From NCBI GenBank assembly GCA_023409755.1, contig JAEYRA010000148.1:1-62262 (forward strand): 62,262 bases of DNA. Direction: 5' to 3'. Numbering within the stretch: the first letter of the stretch is position 1; every line of letters starts with the position of its first letter. The stretch is from Bacillota bacterium. GTDB taxonomy: Bacteria > Bacillota > Clostridia > Christensenellales > UMGS416. The notes below the pieces were generated by a model that saw nothing but the letters and a program-made list of their open reading frames with translations, did not search any database and was not told the DNA's origin. The position numbers and the translations under genes are program-made. Shown piece after piece: positions 29,162 to 38,004 of this stretch.

Positions 29162-30295
29162 TTAGCGCGCCGCTTGCAGCACACGGGTTTGGGCGATGAT
29201 TTCCCGAACGACGACGGATACCTCGTCGTCCGTCAGCAGCAGGGGGTTGATGAAGATGCCGTTGGTGCAGGTGTCAGGCCCTGTCTTGCAGATGAGGATG
29301 CCGGGCGTGCCCTCCCGCAGGACTTTCACCAGTTCTTCCGCAGGAACGTCGACCATCAGCTCCGCTGCCGAGCGGGGGTAGCACTGGCCGGTGGGGCCGG
29401 GGAATACCCGTTTGCAGCGGAAGAGACCGCTCTTGTTGAGAGCCTCGTTGATGTACTGCACACGCGCTTCGATGGTGGCAACCTTGCAGTCCACCATGCC
29501 GGGCTCCAGGTAATCGCGGATGGCGGTGTACAGCCCCACGATCTCCTCCCGGCCGATCTTGCTGGAGCGGCCGATGCCGTGTTTGGGCGCGCCCACCAGC
29601 GGGAAGCCGTCGAGCAGCCACTTCTTGCCCACCACCAGGCCGCTGCCCTGGGGGCCGCGCATGCCCTTGCCGCCGCTGAACACCGCCGCGGCCGCGCCGG
29701 CCCCGGTGAAGCGCCAGAGGTTCTCAATGGGCGGGAGCTGTGCCGCAGCGTCCACCACCACGGGCACGTTGTGGCGGTTGGCCACGGCCATCGTGTCCTC
29801 AAAGGACAGCGACGTGTCGCGGCAGCCCCACAGGTCAAAGAAGAAGATGCCCGCAGTGCGATCGTTGATGGCCGCTTCCAGTGCTTGGGTGTCGTGGGGT
29901 TTGGCGTCCACCACGATGACCTTGGCGCCCGAACACTGCAGTGCTTTGTCGTAGCCGGTGCGCTGGCCAGCCATCATGATGAGCTCATTCTTGGCCATGG
30001 AGCTCGTGTCCGGCAGCAACTTGAGAAGCTCGGGGTCGCCGCCAGTAACGAGCAGTGATGCACAATACAGCAGCCCTGATGAGGCGCCGGCGGTGATATA
30101 GGCCCCCTCGTTGTGGGAGAGTTCGGCAATGCGCCGGCCGGTTTTCTCCTCTAGGTCAGCCAGCTCCACAAAGTTGCGCGACGCGGCGTGCATGGCGTCC
30201 ATGACGTGGTCGGGCATGCGGGAACCGCCAAAGATGGAGACGGTGTCGAGTGCGTTGATGTAGGGCTTAATGCCCAGTTCCTGATAGATGCTCAT
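29162..30295 (-). CDS. SelA-like PLP-dependent enzyme (DgaE / D-glucosaminate-6-phosphate ammonia-lyase-like family)
   Basis: FSGGKGMRGPQGSG matches the SelA-family PLP-lysine motif (FSGDKLLGGPQ). 377 aa with no N-terminal tRNA-binding extension. ATGA overlap with the upstream SDR. Confidence 0.75.
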   Translation of the reverse strand: MSIYQELGIKPYINALDTVSIFGGSRMPDHVMDAMHAASRNFVELADLEEKTGRRIAELSHNEGAYITAGASSGLLYCASLLVTGGDPELLKLLPDTSSMAKNELIMMAGQRTGYDKALQCSGAKVIVVDAKPHDTQALEAAINDRTAGIFFFDLWGCRDTSLSFEDTMAVANRHNVPVVVDAAAQLPPIENLWRFTGAGAAAAVFSGGKGMRGPQGSGLVVGKKWLLDGFPLVGAPKHGIGRSSKIGREEIVGLYTAIRDYLEPGMVDCKVATIEARVQYINEALNKSGLFRCKRVFPGPTGQCYPRSAAELMVDVPAEELVKVLREGTPGILICKTGPDTCTNGIFINPLLLTDDEVSVVVREIIAQTRVLQAAR

Positions 30296-31158
30296 GGTCC
30301 TCCTCCCCGGGACTTGTCCAACGTTACCCGGTACTGTTCGATAATGTCCTCATAATCCGGCGGCTGGGGATAGGCGTCCACCCGGTGGGCCTGCATGGTT
30401 GCGCCGCCATCCTGGAAGAGCGTTGCGCCGGTCACATAGCTGGACAGATCCGACGCTAAAAAGAGCACGGTGGATGCGAGGTTAACGGCCAGCCCAGGGC
30501 CGTTCATTGGTTGATGGGCCAACAGCAGGGGGTAGTCCAGCGGGTCCGGCAGGCAGCCTTCCCACCAGGGGCGAAGCTCGCTGGTGTACACCGCTCCGGG
30601 GCAGATGACGTTGGAGCGGACGTTCCACGGTGCGTAATCCATCGCAAACGCCCGGCTCATGGCCTCGATACCGCCCTTGCTGGCGGCGTAGGCGGTATTG
30701 CCCGGCAGCGACGCGGTGGAGTTGATCGACGAGATGTGGATGACGCTGCCGCCGCCGGCGACAGCCATACCCGGCATGAAGGCCCGTGACAGCCGCAGGG
30801 CTCCCTTCAGGTTCACAGACAGCAGCCGTTCAAAGACCGCCGGGTCCTGCTCCACCAGCAGGCCGCGGTTGTTGATACCAGCCACGTTGACCAGCACGTT
30901 GATGTGGTCAAAACGGCGCTTAGCCGCCAGAGAGAATGCATCGACCTCATCGGGGATGCCCATGTCGCAGTGCTGGTAAAGGCACCCTGGCTGCAGGGCG
31001 TTGGCGTCGGCCAGGGTGATCTTCCCGGCTTCGTCGTCAATGTCACAGAAGGCCACCTGGGCCCCATGGGATGCCAGCATCAGCACGATGGCTCGGCCCA
31101 TGCCCTTGGCTCCCGCGCTGACGACGGCGCGTTTGCCATCCAAAAGTTGATTGTTCAT
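30292..31158 (-). CDS. SDR family oxidoreductase
   Basis: GKRAVVSAGAKGMGRA cofactor motif and catalytic YAASK. Start MNNQLLDG with RBS GGGGGTGA. Confidence 0.85.
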   Translation of the reverse strand: MNNQLLDGKRAVVSAGAKGMGRAIVLMLASHGAQVAFCDIDDEAGKITLADANALQPGCLYQHCDMGIPDEVDAFSLAAKRRFDHINVLVNVAGINNRGLLVEQDPAVFERLLSVNLKGALRLSRAFMPGMAVAGGGSVIHISSINSTASLPGNTAYAASKGGIEAMSRAFAMDYAPWNVRSNVICPGAVYTSELRPWWEGCLPDPLDYPLLLAHQPMNGPGLAVNLASTVLFLASDLSSYVTGATLFQDGGATMQAHRVDAYPQPPDYEDIIEQYRVTLDKSRGGGP

Positions 31159-31162
31159 CCGA

Positions 31163-31969
31163 TCACCCCCAATCCTGTACGTGGGCCAGCGCCTGAATAC
31201 CGCCGTCCACCGGCAGGTCCTCACCGGTCATAAAGGCCGAAAGGTCACTGGCCAAGTAGAGTGCCCCGTGGGCGGCGTCCTCCACGGTGGCGGGGCGGTG
31301 CAGCGGCTGTGTATTGTCGTAGCCGTTTCCACCCCGGAAACGCGGCATTTCCTGCTGGTAGGTGCGGCCCACACAGCCGAGGTTCATGCCCAGCAGCAGG
31401 TTGTTGCACCGGATGCCCCAGCGGGCGTAATCCATGGCCACCGCCCGGCCGTAGGCATTGAGCGCCCCCTTGCTGGCGGCATAGGCTCCCACCTGGGGCA
31501 CAGAGCCCCTGGTATAGTCGCTGGAGATGTTAACGATGGTGCCGGCGCGGGCCTCCAGCATGCCCGGCAGGAAGAGTGTGGTGCACCGCACGGCGCAGAG
31601 GACGTTGAGCTCCATCATTGCCCGGTACCTGGTCAGGTCTACTTGGTGGGCGTAGGCCCGCTCGAAGTGTCCGGCGTTGTTGATGAGGCAATCCACCCGG
31701 CCGAAGCGGCGAAGCACCTCGCGGCAGGCTTCCTCGATTTGGGCCCGGTCGGCCATGTCTGCCGGCAGGAAGAAGCTGCCTGGCGACAGGGCTTTGAGCT
31801 CCGCCTCCGTCCGGCGGCCCGCTTCCTCGTCAATGTCGGTGATGGCCACCGCTGCACCCTGCTGAGCGAAGAGCAGCGCGATGGCCCGGCCCACGCCGGC
31901 CGCGCCGGCGCTCACGAAGGCCCGTTTTCCTTCCAGCAATCGATCGGTTTGCATGACTGCCTCCATCAT
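31163..31969 (-). CDS. SDR family oxidoreductase
   Basis: GKRAFVSAGAAGVGRA motif and catalytic YAASK. ATGA overlap with the upstream gene. Confidence 0.85.
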   Translation of the reverse strand: MMEAVMQTDRLLEGKRAFVSAGAAGVGRAIALLFAQQGAAVAITDIDEEAGRRTEAELKALSPGSFFLPADMADRAQIEEACREVLRRFGRVDCLINNAGHFERAYAHQVDLTRYRAMMELNVLCAVRCTTLFLPGMLEARAGTIVNISSDYTRGSVPQVGAYAASKGALNAYGRAVAMDYARWGIRCNNLLLGMNLGCVGRTYQQEMPRFRGGNGYDNTQPLHRPATVEDAAHGALYLASDLSAFMTGEDLPVDGGIQALAHVQDWG

Positions 31970-32697
31970 GGGTACACCTGCTTGTGGGCGATGAGGGTGG
32001 TGCCGCCGTCGGCGACCATTGTCTCGCCGGTCACGTGCTTGGCCATGTCGCTGGCCAGGTACAGCGCCGTGTTGGCGATTTCCTCCGCCCCCAGGCGGTG
32101 GGGCAGCACCTGTGTCTCGGCCCAGAAGGTGTCGGGGTGTTCATTGTCCAGGAAACTGGCGCTGTAGAGCAGGCAGTTGGACCGGACATCGAACTTGCAG
32201 TAATCCATGGCGATGGCCTTGGAGAGGGCCGCCACCGCGCCGGACCCGGCAGCCGTGGCTGATACGCCGGGCACCACATACCGGGCATAGACCGGCAGTA
32301 CGTGCACGAACGCGCCGTGGCGGCGCTCCATCATGCCTGCAACCGCCAGCTGCACGGTGCGCAGCACGGTTTCCGGCCCGCGGGCCAGGGCGTCCCACAC
32401 GTCGGCTTCGTCTCCGTCGGCGGCCAGGGTGGGGTGGTGGCCGGTAAATATCGTCACCACCACGTCGATGTGGCCAAGATGGGCGAGCGCCGCTTGCCCG
32501 GCTCGCTCCATGCCCTCGTCGTCGTTGGCGCTCGCGGCAAACAGCGGGCAACCAGGTACGGTGGTGTCGTCCTCGCTGCCCAGCAGCGCGACCTGTGCCC
32601 CCTGAGCGGCAAAGAGTGCCGCCACTGCCCGCCGAAGCGGGCCGCCGTCGCCGGCGATGAGGGCGGTTCTATCATTGAGAAGTGCAGAGTAACGCAC
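31966..32697 (-). CDS. SDR-fold protein with degenerate cofactor and catalytic motifs (probable non-catalytic paralog)
   Basis: It aligns to neighbouring SDRs, but the Gly-rich motif is IAGDGGPLRRA and the YxxxK position reads ATAAGSG (the paralogs have AYAASKG). Confidence 0.7.
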   Translation of the reverse strand: MRYSALLNDRTALIAGDGGPLRRAVAALFAAQGAQVALLGSEDDTTVPGCPLFAASANDDEGMERAGQAALAHLGHIDVVVTIFTGHHPTLAADGDEADVWDALARGPETVLRTVQLAVAGMMERRHGAFVHVLPVYARYVVPGVSATAAGSGAVAALSKAIAMDYCKFDVRSNCLLYSASFLDNEHPDTFWAETQVLPHRLGAEEIANTALYLASDMAKHVTGETMVADGGTTLIAHKQVYP

Positions 32698-32715
32698 GAG
32701 TCCGCCTCCCTTCGC

Positions 32716-34296
32716 TTAGCGTTCGCGGCTGTAGGCCACGCCGTGGCCTGCCAGCACGCCGTTAACCCGGCCGTTCCGCAGGGCGACCTTGCCGTTCACC
32801 AGCACATACTCAATGCCGGTTGGCAGTGAGATGGGATTGGCGAACGTGGCGTTTTCACGCACCGTTGCGCCATCCAGTACCACGATGTCAGCATGCTTGC
32901 CCGTGGCAATCTCCCCGCGGTCCTTCAGGCCAAACGTTTTCGCCGGCAGGTAGGACGTGCGGTTGGCAAAGATTTCCCAGGGCATGCCATTCTCCCGCGC
33001 GATGCGCAGGAACTTGGCGAACGCACCGTAGGCTCGTGGGTGGGGGAAGATGTGGCAGGCGATGCCGTCGCTGCCCACCATGTAGTAGGGTTTGCTGAGA
33101 AGCTTGGCAAAGTCGCGGTGCAGTGCTTCATGCAGCGCCGGGTCGTCAATGTCGCCGCCCCGATAGCCGACTTCCAGGTTCTCTTCCGCCAGCAGCTCGC
33201 AGAGCATCTGGGGGATGTCCTGGCCCCGTTCCCGCGCCACATCGCCAAACCCGCGCCCGATGTATTGGGGGTTGCGCGGCAGGTGGGTGAACGTATCGTC
33301 ATCGGTAAATTGCATGTGGGCGCGCATCCAGTCAATAATTTGCTGTCGGCTGGCCGCATGTTGCAGCCTTTCGCAGGCAGCCAACCAGCCGCCCTCCACC
33401 GCCCAGGGGGGCATGAAGTAGACGCCGTAGCCGCTGCCGGTGTGAAAGGGATACATCTCCACCGTCACGCGGATGCCCTCGGCCAGCGCCGCCTCAATGG
33501 GAGCGCAGACGGCTTCCACCTGGCCCACGTTGTGGGGCCCCGTGCGGTAGTGGGAGAAGTGCAGCCGGCAGCCCGAGCGCCGGGCGATTTCAATGGCCTC
33601 GGCCACCGGGTCAAACCGCTCGCCACGGTAGACCGTGCGCAGGTGGATGGAGAACGGCGCGTCGTATTCGGCCGCAACCTTGCAGAGCTCAACGAGCTCC
33701 TCGGTGTCGGCATAGGAGCAGGGGTAGTAGCTTAAACCCGTGGAGAAACCCACCGCGCCTTCCTCGAAGCCCTGGCGCATCAGATCTTTGGCCCGGTCGA
33801 GGAAGTAGCCCCGCAGCGGTACGTCATGGAAGCCGACCGTCTCCAGCCGGAGGGCGCCGTGGGGCACCTGTACGCAGGCGTTGGGACCGGTGCGGTTAAA
33901 TTTCCTGAGGTACCCGGCGATGGTGGTGAAGTCGGCCTGGCTCTCGTCCAGCGGGCCGTTCAACCCCTGCAGATATCGGCTGTAGTCCAGCAGGTTGTGA
34001 CGGGAGAGCGGCGCGTAGGACAGACCGTCGGGGCCGGTGATGAGCGTCGTCACGCCCTGCGAGAGGGACATGACGTGCTGTCGGTTGTGCAGGAGATAGA
34101 CGTCCTCGTGGCAGTGGGTGTCGATGAACCCAGGCATCAGCACATGTCCGCGGGCGTCGATGACCTCCCGTGCCTCAACCCCTGCCAGGGCACCGACGGC
34201 AGCGATGAAGCCGCCCTCCACCGCCACGTCGGCCACACGGCCCGGGTTCCCCGTGCCGTCGTAGACGGTGGCGCCTTGAATCAGTACTTCATACAT
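32716..34296 (-). CDS. N-acyl-D-amino-acid deacylase (D-aminoacylase) family amidohydrolase
   Basis: MYEVLIQGATVYDGTGNPGRVADVAVEGGFIAAVG...GFIDTHCHED, 526 aa, Amidohydro_3-type architecture. Confidence 0.85.
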   Translation of the reverse strand: MYEVLIQGATVYDGTGNPGRVADVAVEGGFIAAVGALAGVEAREVIDARGHVLMPGFIDTHCHEDVYLLHNRQHVMSLSQGVTTLITGPDGLSYAPLSRHNLLDYSRYLQGLNGPLDESQADFTTIAGYLRKFNRTGPNACVQVPHGALRLETVGFHDVPLRGYFLDRAKDLMRQGFEEGAVGFSTGLSYYPCSYADTEELVELCKVAAEYDAPFSIHLRTVYRGERFDPVAEAIEIARRSGCRLHFSHYRTGPHNVGQVEAVCAPIEAALAEGIRVTVEMYPFHTGSGYGVYFMPPWAVEGGWLAACERLQHAASRQQIIDWMRAHMQFTDDDTFTHLPRNPQYIGRGFGDVARERGQDIPQMLCELLAEENLEVGYRGGDIDDPALHEALHRDFAKLLSKPYYMVGSDGIACHIFPHPRAYGAFAKFLRIARENGMPWEIFANRTSYLPAKTFGLKDRGEIATGKHADIVVLDGATVRENATFANPISLPTGIEYVLVNGKVALRNGRVNGVLAGHGVAYSRER

Positions 34297-34333
34297 AACG
34301 GCAGTTCCTTCCGGTGATGAAGTCGGGTGCGGT

Positions 34334-34801
34334 TCAGCTCTTGAGCTTGACGATCATATCGATGACCATGGGGACGTTGTCGGTGTGGTTGCCACAGCCC
34401 ATGGCGGCGCGGGCGTGCTGCCCCCGGTGGCCGAAGGCCGACGTGAACACATCCGAGAAGCCATTGGCCACAGCCGGCATGCCGTAGAAGTCGCCGCCGC
34501 TGTTCACCAGGGCCAGAGCCTTCACGAAGTAGTCGATGCGGTCGAGGTCGCCAATGGCATCCTTCAGGGTGGCCAGCATGCTGAGAGCCGCCAGACGGCC
34601 CGCCTCGTAGGCGTCATCGGGGGTCAGGTCTACGCCGATGCGGCCCTGCATCAGTGCCTTACCGTTCTGGTCAAAGGGCCCGTGGCCGGAGATGTACAGA
34701 AGGTCCCGGTACCGGCGCACCTTCAGCACCCCTTTGCCCTTGCGGTCGATGCTGTCGATCTGGATGCCCATCTTTTGGAGTTTCTGTTCGGCGATGCCCA
34801 T
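34334..34801 (-). CDS. RidA family protein
   Basis: 155 aa, YjgF fold, paralog of 28624..29139. Confidence 0.85.
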   Translation of the reverse strand: MGIAEQKLQKMGIQIDSIDRKGKGVLKVRRYRDLLYISGHGPFDQNGKALMQGRIGVDLTPDDAYEAGRLAALSMLATLKDAIGDLDRIDYFVKALALVNSGGDFYGMPAVANGFSDVFTSAFGHRGQHARAAMGCGNHTDNVPMVIDMIVKLKS

Positions 34802-34830
34802 TGCATATCCCTCCTGTTTGGTTGTTGGAC

Positions 34831-36861
34831 TTATTGTTTGCCCAGTTTGCGGGCGTATTCGATGGTGTAGTCAACCACGATGTCCAACTCGGACGGTTCG
34901 AGGTTCAGCGGGTTGATGGTGATGGAGTTGGTGTCGCGCCGCGCCCCCACCAGGATGCCGGGCTCACCGGCCTTGAGCGCCGCTGCCAGTTCCTCGGCCG
35001 AAGCGCCGTTGGTGAGGACGGCCTCCACCCAGTGGTAGGTCTGGCCCGTCGGGCCGGGCCACAGCTTTACGCAGCGGAACATGCCCGACGCCGTCAGCTC
35101 GTTCATGATGTATTCGCAGCTGTCGTCGATGTACTTCTGTCGGGCTTCCACCACGCCATCGGCCAGGAAGTGCTTGACCGCCGTGTAGACCCCGGCGATT
35201 TCCTCCCGCCCGGCCTTGGAGGAACGGCCCACACCCTGGTTGGGCGGGGCGATCATGGCGAAGCCATCAATGAGGGCCTTCTTGCCCACGACCAGACCGC
35301 CCTGCTGGGGCCCGCGCAGGCCCTTGCCGCCGCTGAAGAGCGCCAGGTCGGCGCCGCATTCCTGGGTGTAGTACCACAGGTTCTCCTTGGGCGGCAGCTG
35401 GGCTGCGCCGTCCACGATGACGTACACATCCCGCTCGTGGGCAATGCGCACCACTTCGGCAAGGGGCAGGCCCCGGGCGGCGAAGTAGTGGGTGTCGAAG
35501 TAGACGATGGCAGCGGTGCGGTCGGTGATGGCGGCGATGAGTTCTTCAGCAGTGGTCATCTCGGGCTTGCCAACTTCGATGAGTTTGGCGCCGCTGACCT
35601 TGATGGCGAAGTCGTAGCTGTTTCGGTGGCCGGCCATGACCAGGATTTCATTCTTCATGCCGGTGGTGTCGGGCAGCTGCTTCAGGAGTGCCTGGTTGGC
35701 ACCGCCGGCCATGCACACCGCTGAGGAGAGCAGGATGCCCGCCGAAGCACCGCAGGTGATGTAGGCAGCTTCGTTGTGGGTGAGTCGCGCCAGTTCCTCT
35801 CCAACGCGTCGTTGCAGCTGAGCCAGCTCCACAAACTCGTGGGCCGCCTCACGCATGGCGTCCAGGGTTGGCTGCTCCATGCGGGAGCCACCAATGATCG
35901 ACATGGTGTCCCAGGCGTTGATGTAAGTCTTGACGCCTAATTCCTTGTACACGTCCATGGGTTCGTTTCCTCCGTGTTGTCTGAATTCCCTTTCCTTCCG
36001 CTGGTACCCGATGCGCTTGCTGAGCGGGATCCCCGCGGGGTAAAGGTAATCGTCAATCTTATGGATTTGCAGGGCAGAGCCGCCATCCACCAGCAGGGAG
36101 CAGCCGGTGATGGCGCTCGACATATCGCTGGCGAAGAAGAGGTGGGCGTTGGCGATGTCGTCGACCATGCCTTCCATGGGCAGGGGGTTGTAAGACGCCT
36201 GCAGCGAGCGTTTGCGGTCCTGGGGGGACAGCCGCTCGTGGAAGGGTCGCGCCAGCGAGGAATACACCCCGCCGGGCAGCACCGTGTTGACGCGGATGCC
36301 GTCCTTGCCATGCTCCAGGGCTAACAGCCGCGCCAGGGCGTTGATGGCCCCCTTGCTGGCCGCGTAGCTCGAGAAGATGTTGACCGTCGCCACCGAGTGG
36401 ATGGATGAGGTGAACAGCACGCTGCCGCTGTGCCGGGCTACCATGCCCGGCAGGAAAAACCGGCACAACTGCGTGGCACTGCGTACGTTTACGCTCATGA
36501 TTCGCTCGAAACTCTCGTCCTTCAGGTCCCCGAGGAACTCGCGAATGTTGATGCCCACGTTGTTGTCCAGAATGTCCAGCCCGCCAAAGCGCTCCTGCAC
36601 CGCCTGGCACAGCGCGTCGATGTCTTCCGGCACCCCGGTGTCGGTGCGCAGAAAGAAGCACCGGGGGTCGATGGCCTGCAGTTCCCGCTCGGTCTGACGG
36701 CCCTCTTCCACCACAATGTCAGCGATGGCGACCACCGCGCCGTGCTTGGCAAAGGTCAGGGCGATTTCCCGCCCGATGCCTTGGGCACCGCCGGTGACCA
36801 GAGCGCGCTTACCCTCGAGCAGCCGGTCATAGTTGATTGGTTTGATGATTTCCTCACTCAT
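34831..36861 (-). CDS. Fusion protein: N-terminal SDR oxidoreductase + C-terminal SelA/DgaE-like PLP enzyme
   Basis: Start MSEEIIKP (ATG at 36861, overlapping the upstream gene by 8 nt). The SDR part has TGGAQGIG and YAASK. Residues from MDVYKELGVKTYINAW (35958 downward) are paralogous to 29162..30295, with PLP-lysine motif FSGGKGLRGPQ. No stop codon lies between the modules. Confidence 0.75.
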   Translation of the reverse strand: MSEEIIKPINYDRLLEGKRALVTGGAQGIGREIALTFAKHGAVVAIADIVVEEGRQTERELQAIDPRCFFLRTDTGVPEDIDALCQAVQERFGGLDILDNNVGINIREFLGDLKDESFERIMSVNVRSATQLCRFFLPGMVARHSGSVLFTSSIHSVATVNIFSSYAASKGAINALARLLALEHGKDGIRVNTVLPGGVYSSLARPFHERLSPQDRKRSLQASYNPLPMEGMVDDIANAHLFFASDMSSAITGCSLLVDGGSALQIHKIDDYLYPAGIPLSKRIGYQRKEREFRQHGGNEPMDVYKELGVKTYINAWDTMSIIGGSRMEQPTLDAMREAAHEFVELAQLQRRVGEELARLTHNEAAYITCGASAGILLSSAVCMAGGANQALLKQLPDTTGMKNEILVMAGHRNSYDFAIKVSGAKLIEVGKPEMTTAEELIAAITDRTAAIVYFDTHYFAARGLPLAEVVRIAHERDVYVIVDGAAQLPPKENLWYYTQECGADLALFSGGKGLRGPQQGGLVVGKKALIDGFAMIAPPNQGVGRSSKAGREEIAGVYTAVKHFLADGVVEARQKYIDDSCEYIMNELTASGMFRCVKLWPGPTGQTYHWVEAVLTNGASAEELAAALKAGEPGILVGARRDTNSITINPLNLEPSELDIVVDYTIEYARKLGKQ

Positions 36862-37897
36862 GGGGGTTGCCCTCCTTCCCGTCAAAGCAAATGCAGGTGG
36901 GCGTCTGGGCTGGCACATCGCCCACCGGTGTCAAAGATCCGTCGCCCAGGTGGAAGCGCAGCACCGACAGGGTGTTGCCCCGTTGGTTGGCGCACAGCAC
37001 AAAACGTCCGTCGGGGGTAAAGGCCATGTCCCGGGGGAAGTTCCCGCCGCAGTCAAACCAGCGAAGAGCCCCCAGCAACCCGTTGGCCTCCACCTGGAAG
37101 ACGGCGATGGCGTTCTGCCCGCGGTTGCCCACCAGCAGGAACCGGCCATCCGGCGACAGACGAATGGGGCCGCAGTAACTCGTTTCGCTCCAGCCCGGCG
37201 GCAGGGCGTCCACACGCTGCACCTGGTTCAGCTCTTCCCCTTGGAGGGCATAGACCAGCACATGGTTGTCCAACTCGCCGCAGACGTAGAGGAAGCGGCC
37301 ATCGGCGGCAAGCACCCCATGGCGGGGGCCAGCGCCAGTCGGTGCCTCCACAGCCCTGACACGAGCGGTACTCGTAGTATCGCCAGCGGGGAACAAAAAC
37401 AGCCGGTCCATGCCCATATCCATGACACAGAGTTGCGCACCGGGCAGGGGGAGAGTCTGATGGAAGTGAGAAGCAACCCCGGCGGGGGCACAGGGCAGGT
37501 CGCCGGCGCGGGTGGTGGCCGCCGGCTGCAGGCTGCCGTCAGGAGCCAGGGGCAGGGCGGCCAGCGCGCCGGAGAAGCACGCCGTGTACACCATGCCATC
37601 GTGCAGCAACAGATGACAGGGGCCCGGTGCGCCGGTGGGCTGGGTGTTGAGGAGCCGCATAGCGGAGCCTTCCACGGCATAGGAAGCCACAGCCCCGCTG
37701 GTTTCGCCGTTCCATTGGGCGACCTCCAGCGCGGCATAGAGCCGGCTGCCGTCCTCATTTGTGATGATGTGACTGGGATTGAGCACGGGTGTGACGCCGG
37801 CCGGCGTCAGACTGCCGTCCTCCCCCAACAGGAAGGTGAGAATGCCCGTTGCACCGTCGTTGGTGCAGGTACCGATTCGAACCATGATGGCAGGCAT
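36854..37897 (-). CDS. Lactonase, 7-bladed beta-propeller family (6-phosphogluconolactonase-like)
   Basis: Repeated ...DG..LY... blade motifs, NPSHI, PCHLLL. 347 aa. First gene after the ROK regulator. Confidence 0.75.
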   Translation of the reverse strand: MPAIMVRIGTCTNDGATGILTFLLGEDGSLTPAGVTPVLNPSHIITNEDGSRLYAALEVAQWNGETSGAVASYAVEGSAMRLLNTQPTGAPGPCHLLLHDGMVYTACFSGALAALPLAPDGSLQPAATTRAGDLPCAPAGVASHFHQTLPLPGAQLCVMDMGMDRLFLFPAGDTTSTARVRAVEAPTGAGPRHGVLAADGRFLYVCGELDNHVLVYALQGEELNQVQRVDALPPGWSETSYCGPIRLSPDGRFLLVGNRGQNAIAVFQVEANGLLGALRWFDCGGNFPRDMAFTPDGRFVLCANQRGNTLSVLRFHLGDGSLTPVGDVPAQTPTCICFDGKEGNPHE

Positions 37898-38004
37898 AGC
37901 GCGTCCTCCTCAGAGCAAGGTTACCGGGCGAGCCGGCGGGGGGAGCGGCGGTTCATTGCCGTCAAGGAAATTTCTTGCGCATCCAATCCCTGAGGGAGCA
38001 GCGG

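Noticed and set aside
29057-37993. Plus-strand ORFs across the catabolic operon (29057..30058, 31151..32167, 32893..33735, 34654..35724, 36833..37993 and others)
   Set aside because: The minus-strand frames carry clear RidA, SelA-like, SDR, D-aminoacylase and lactonase signatures with RBSs and coupled starts. The plus-strand ORFs are low-complexity shadows.
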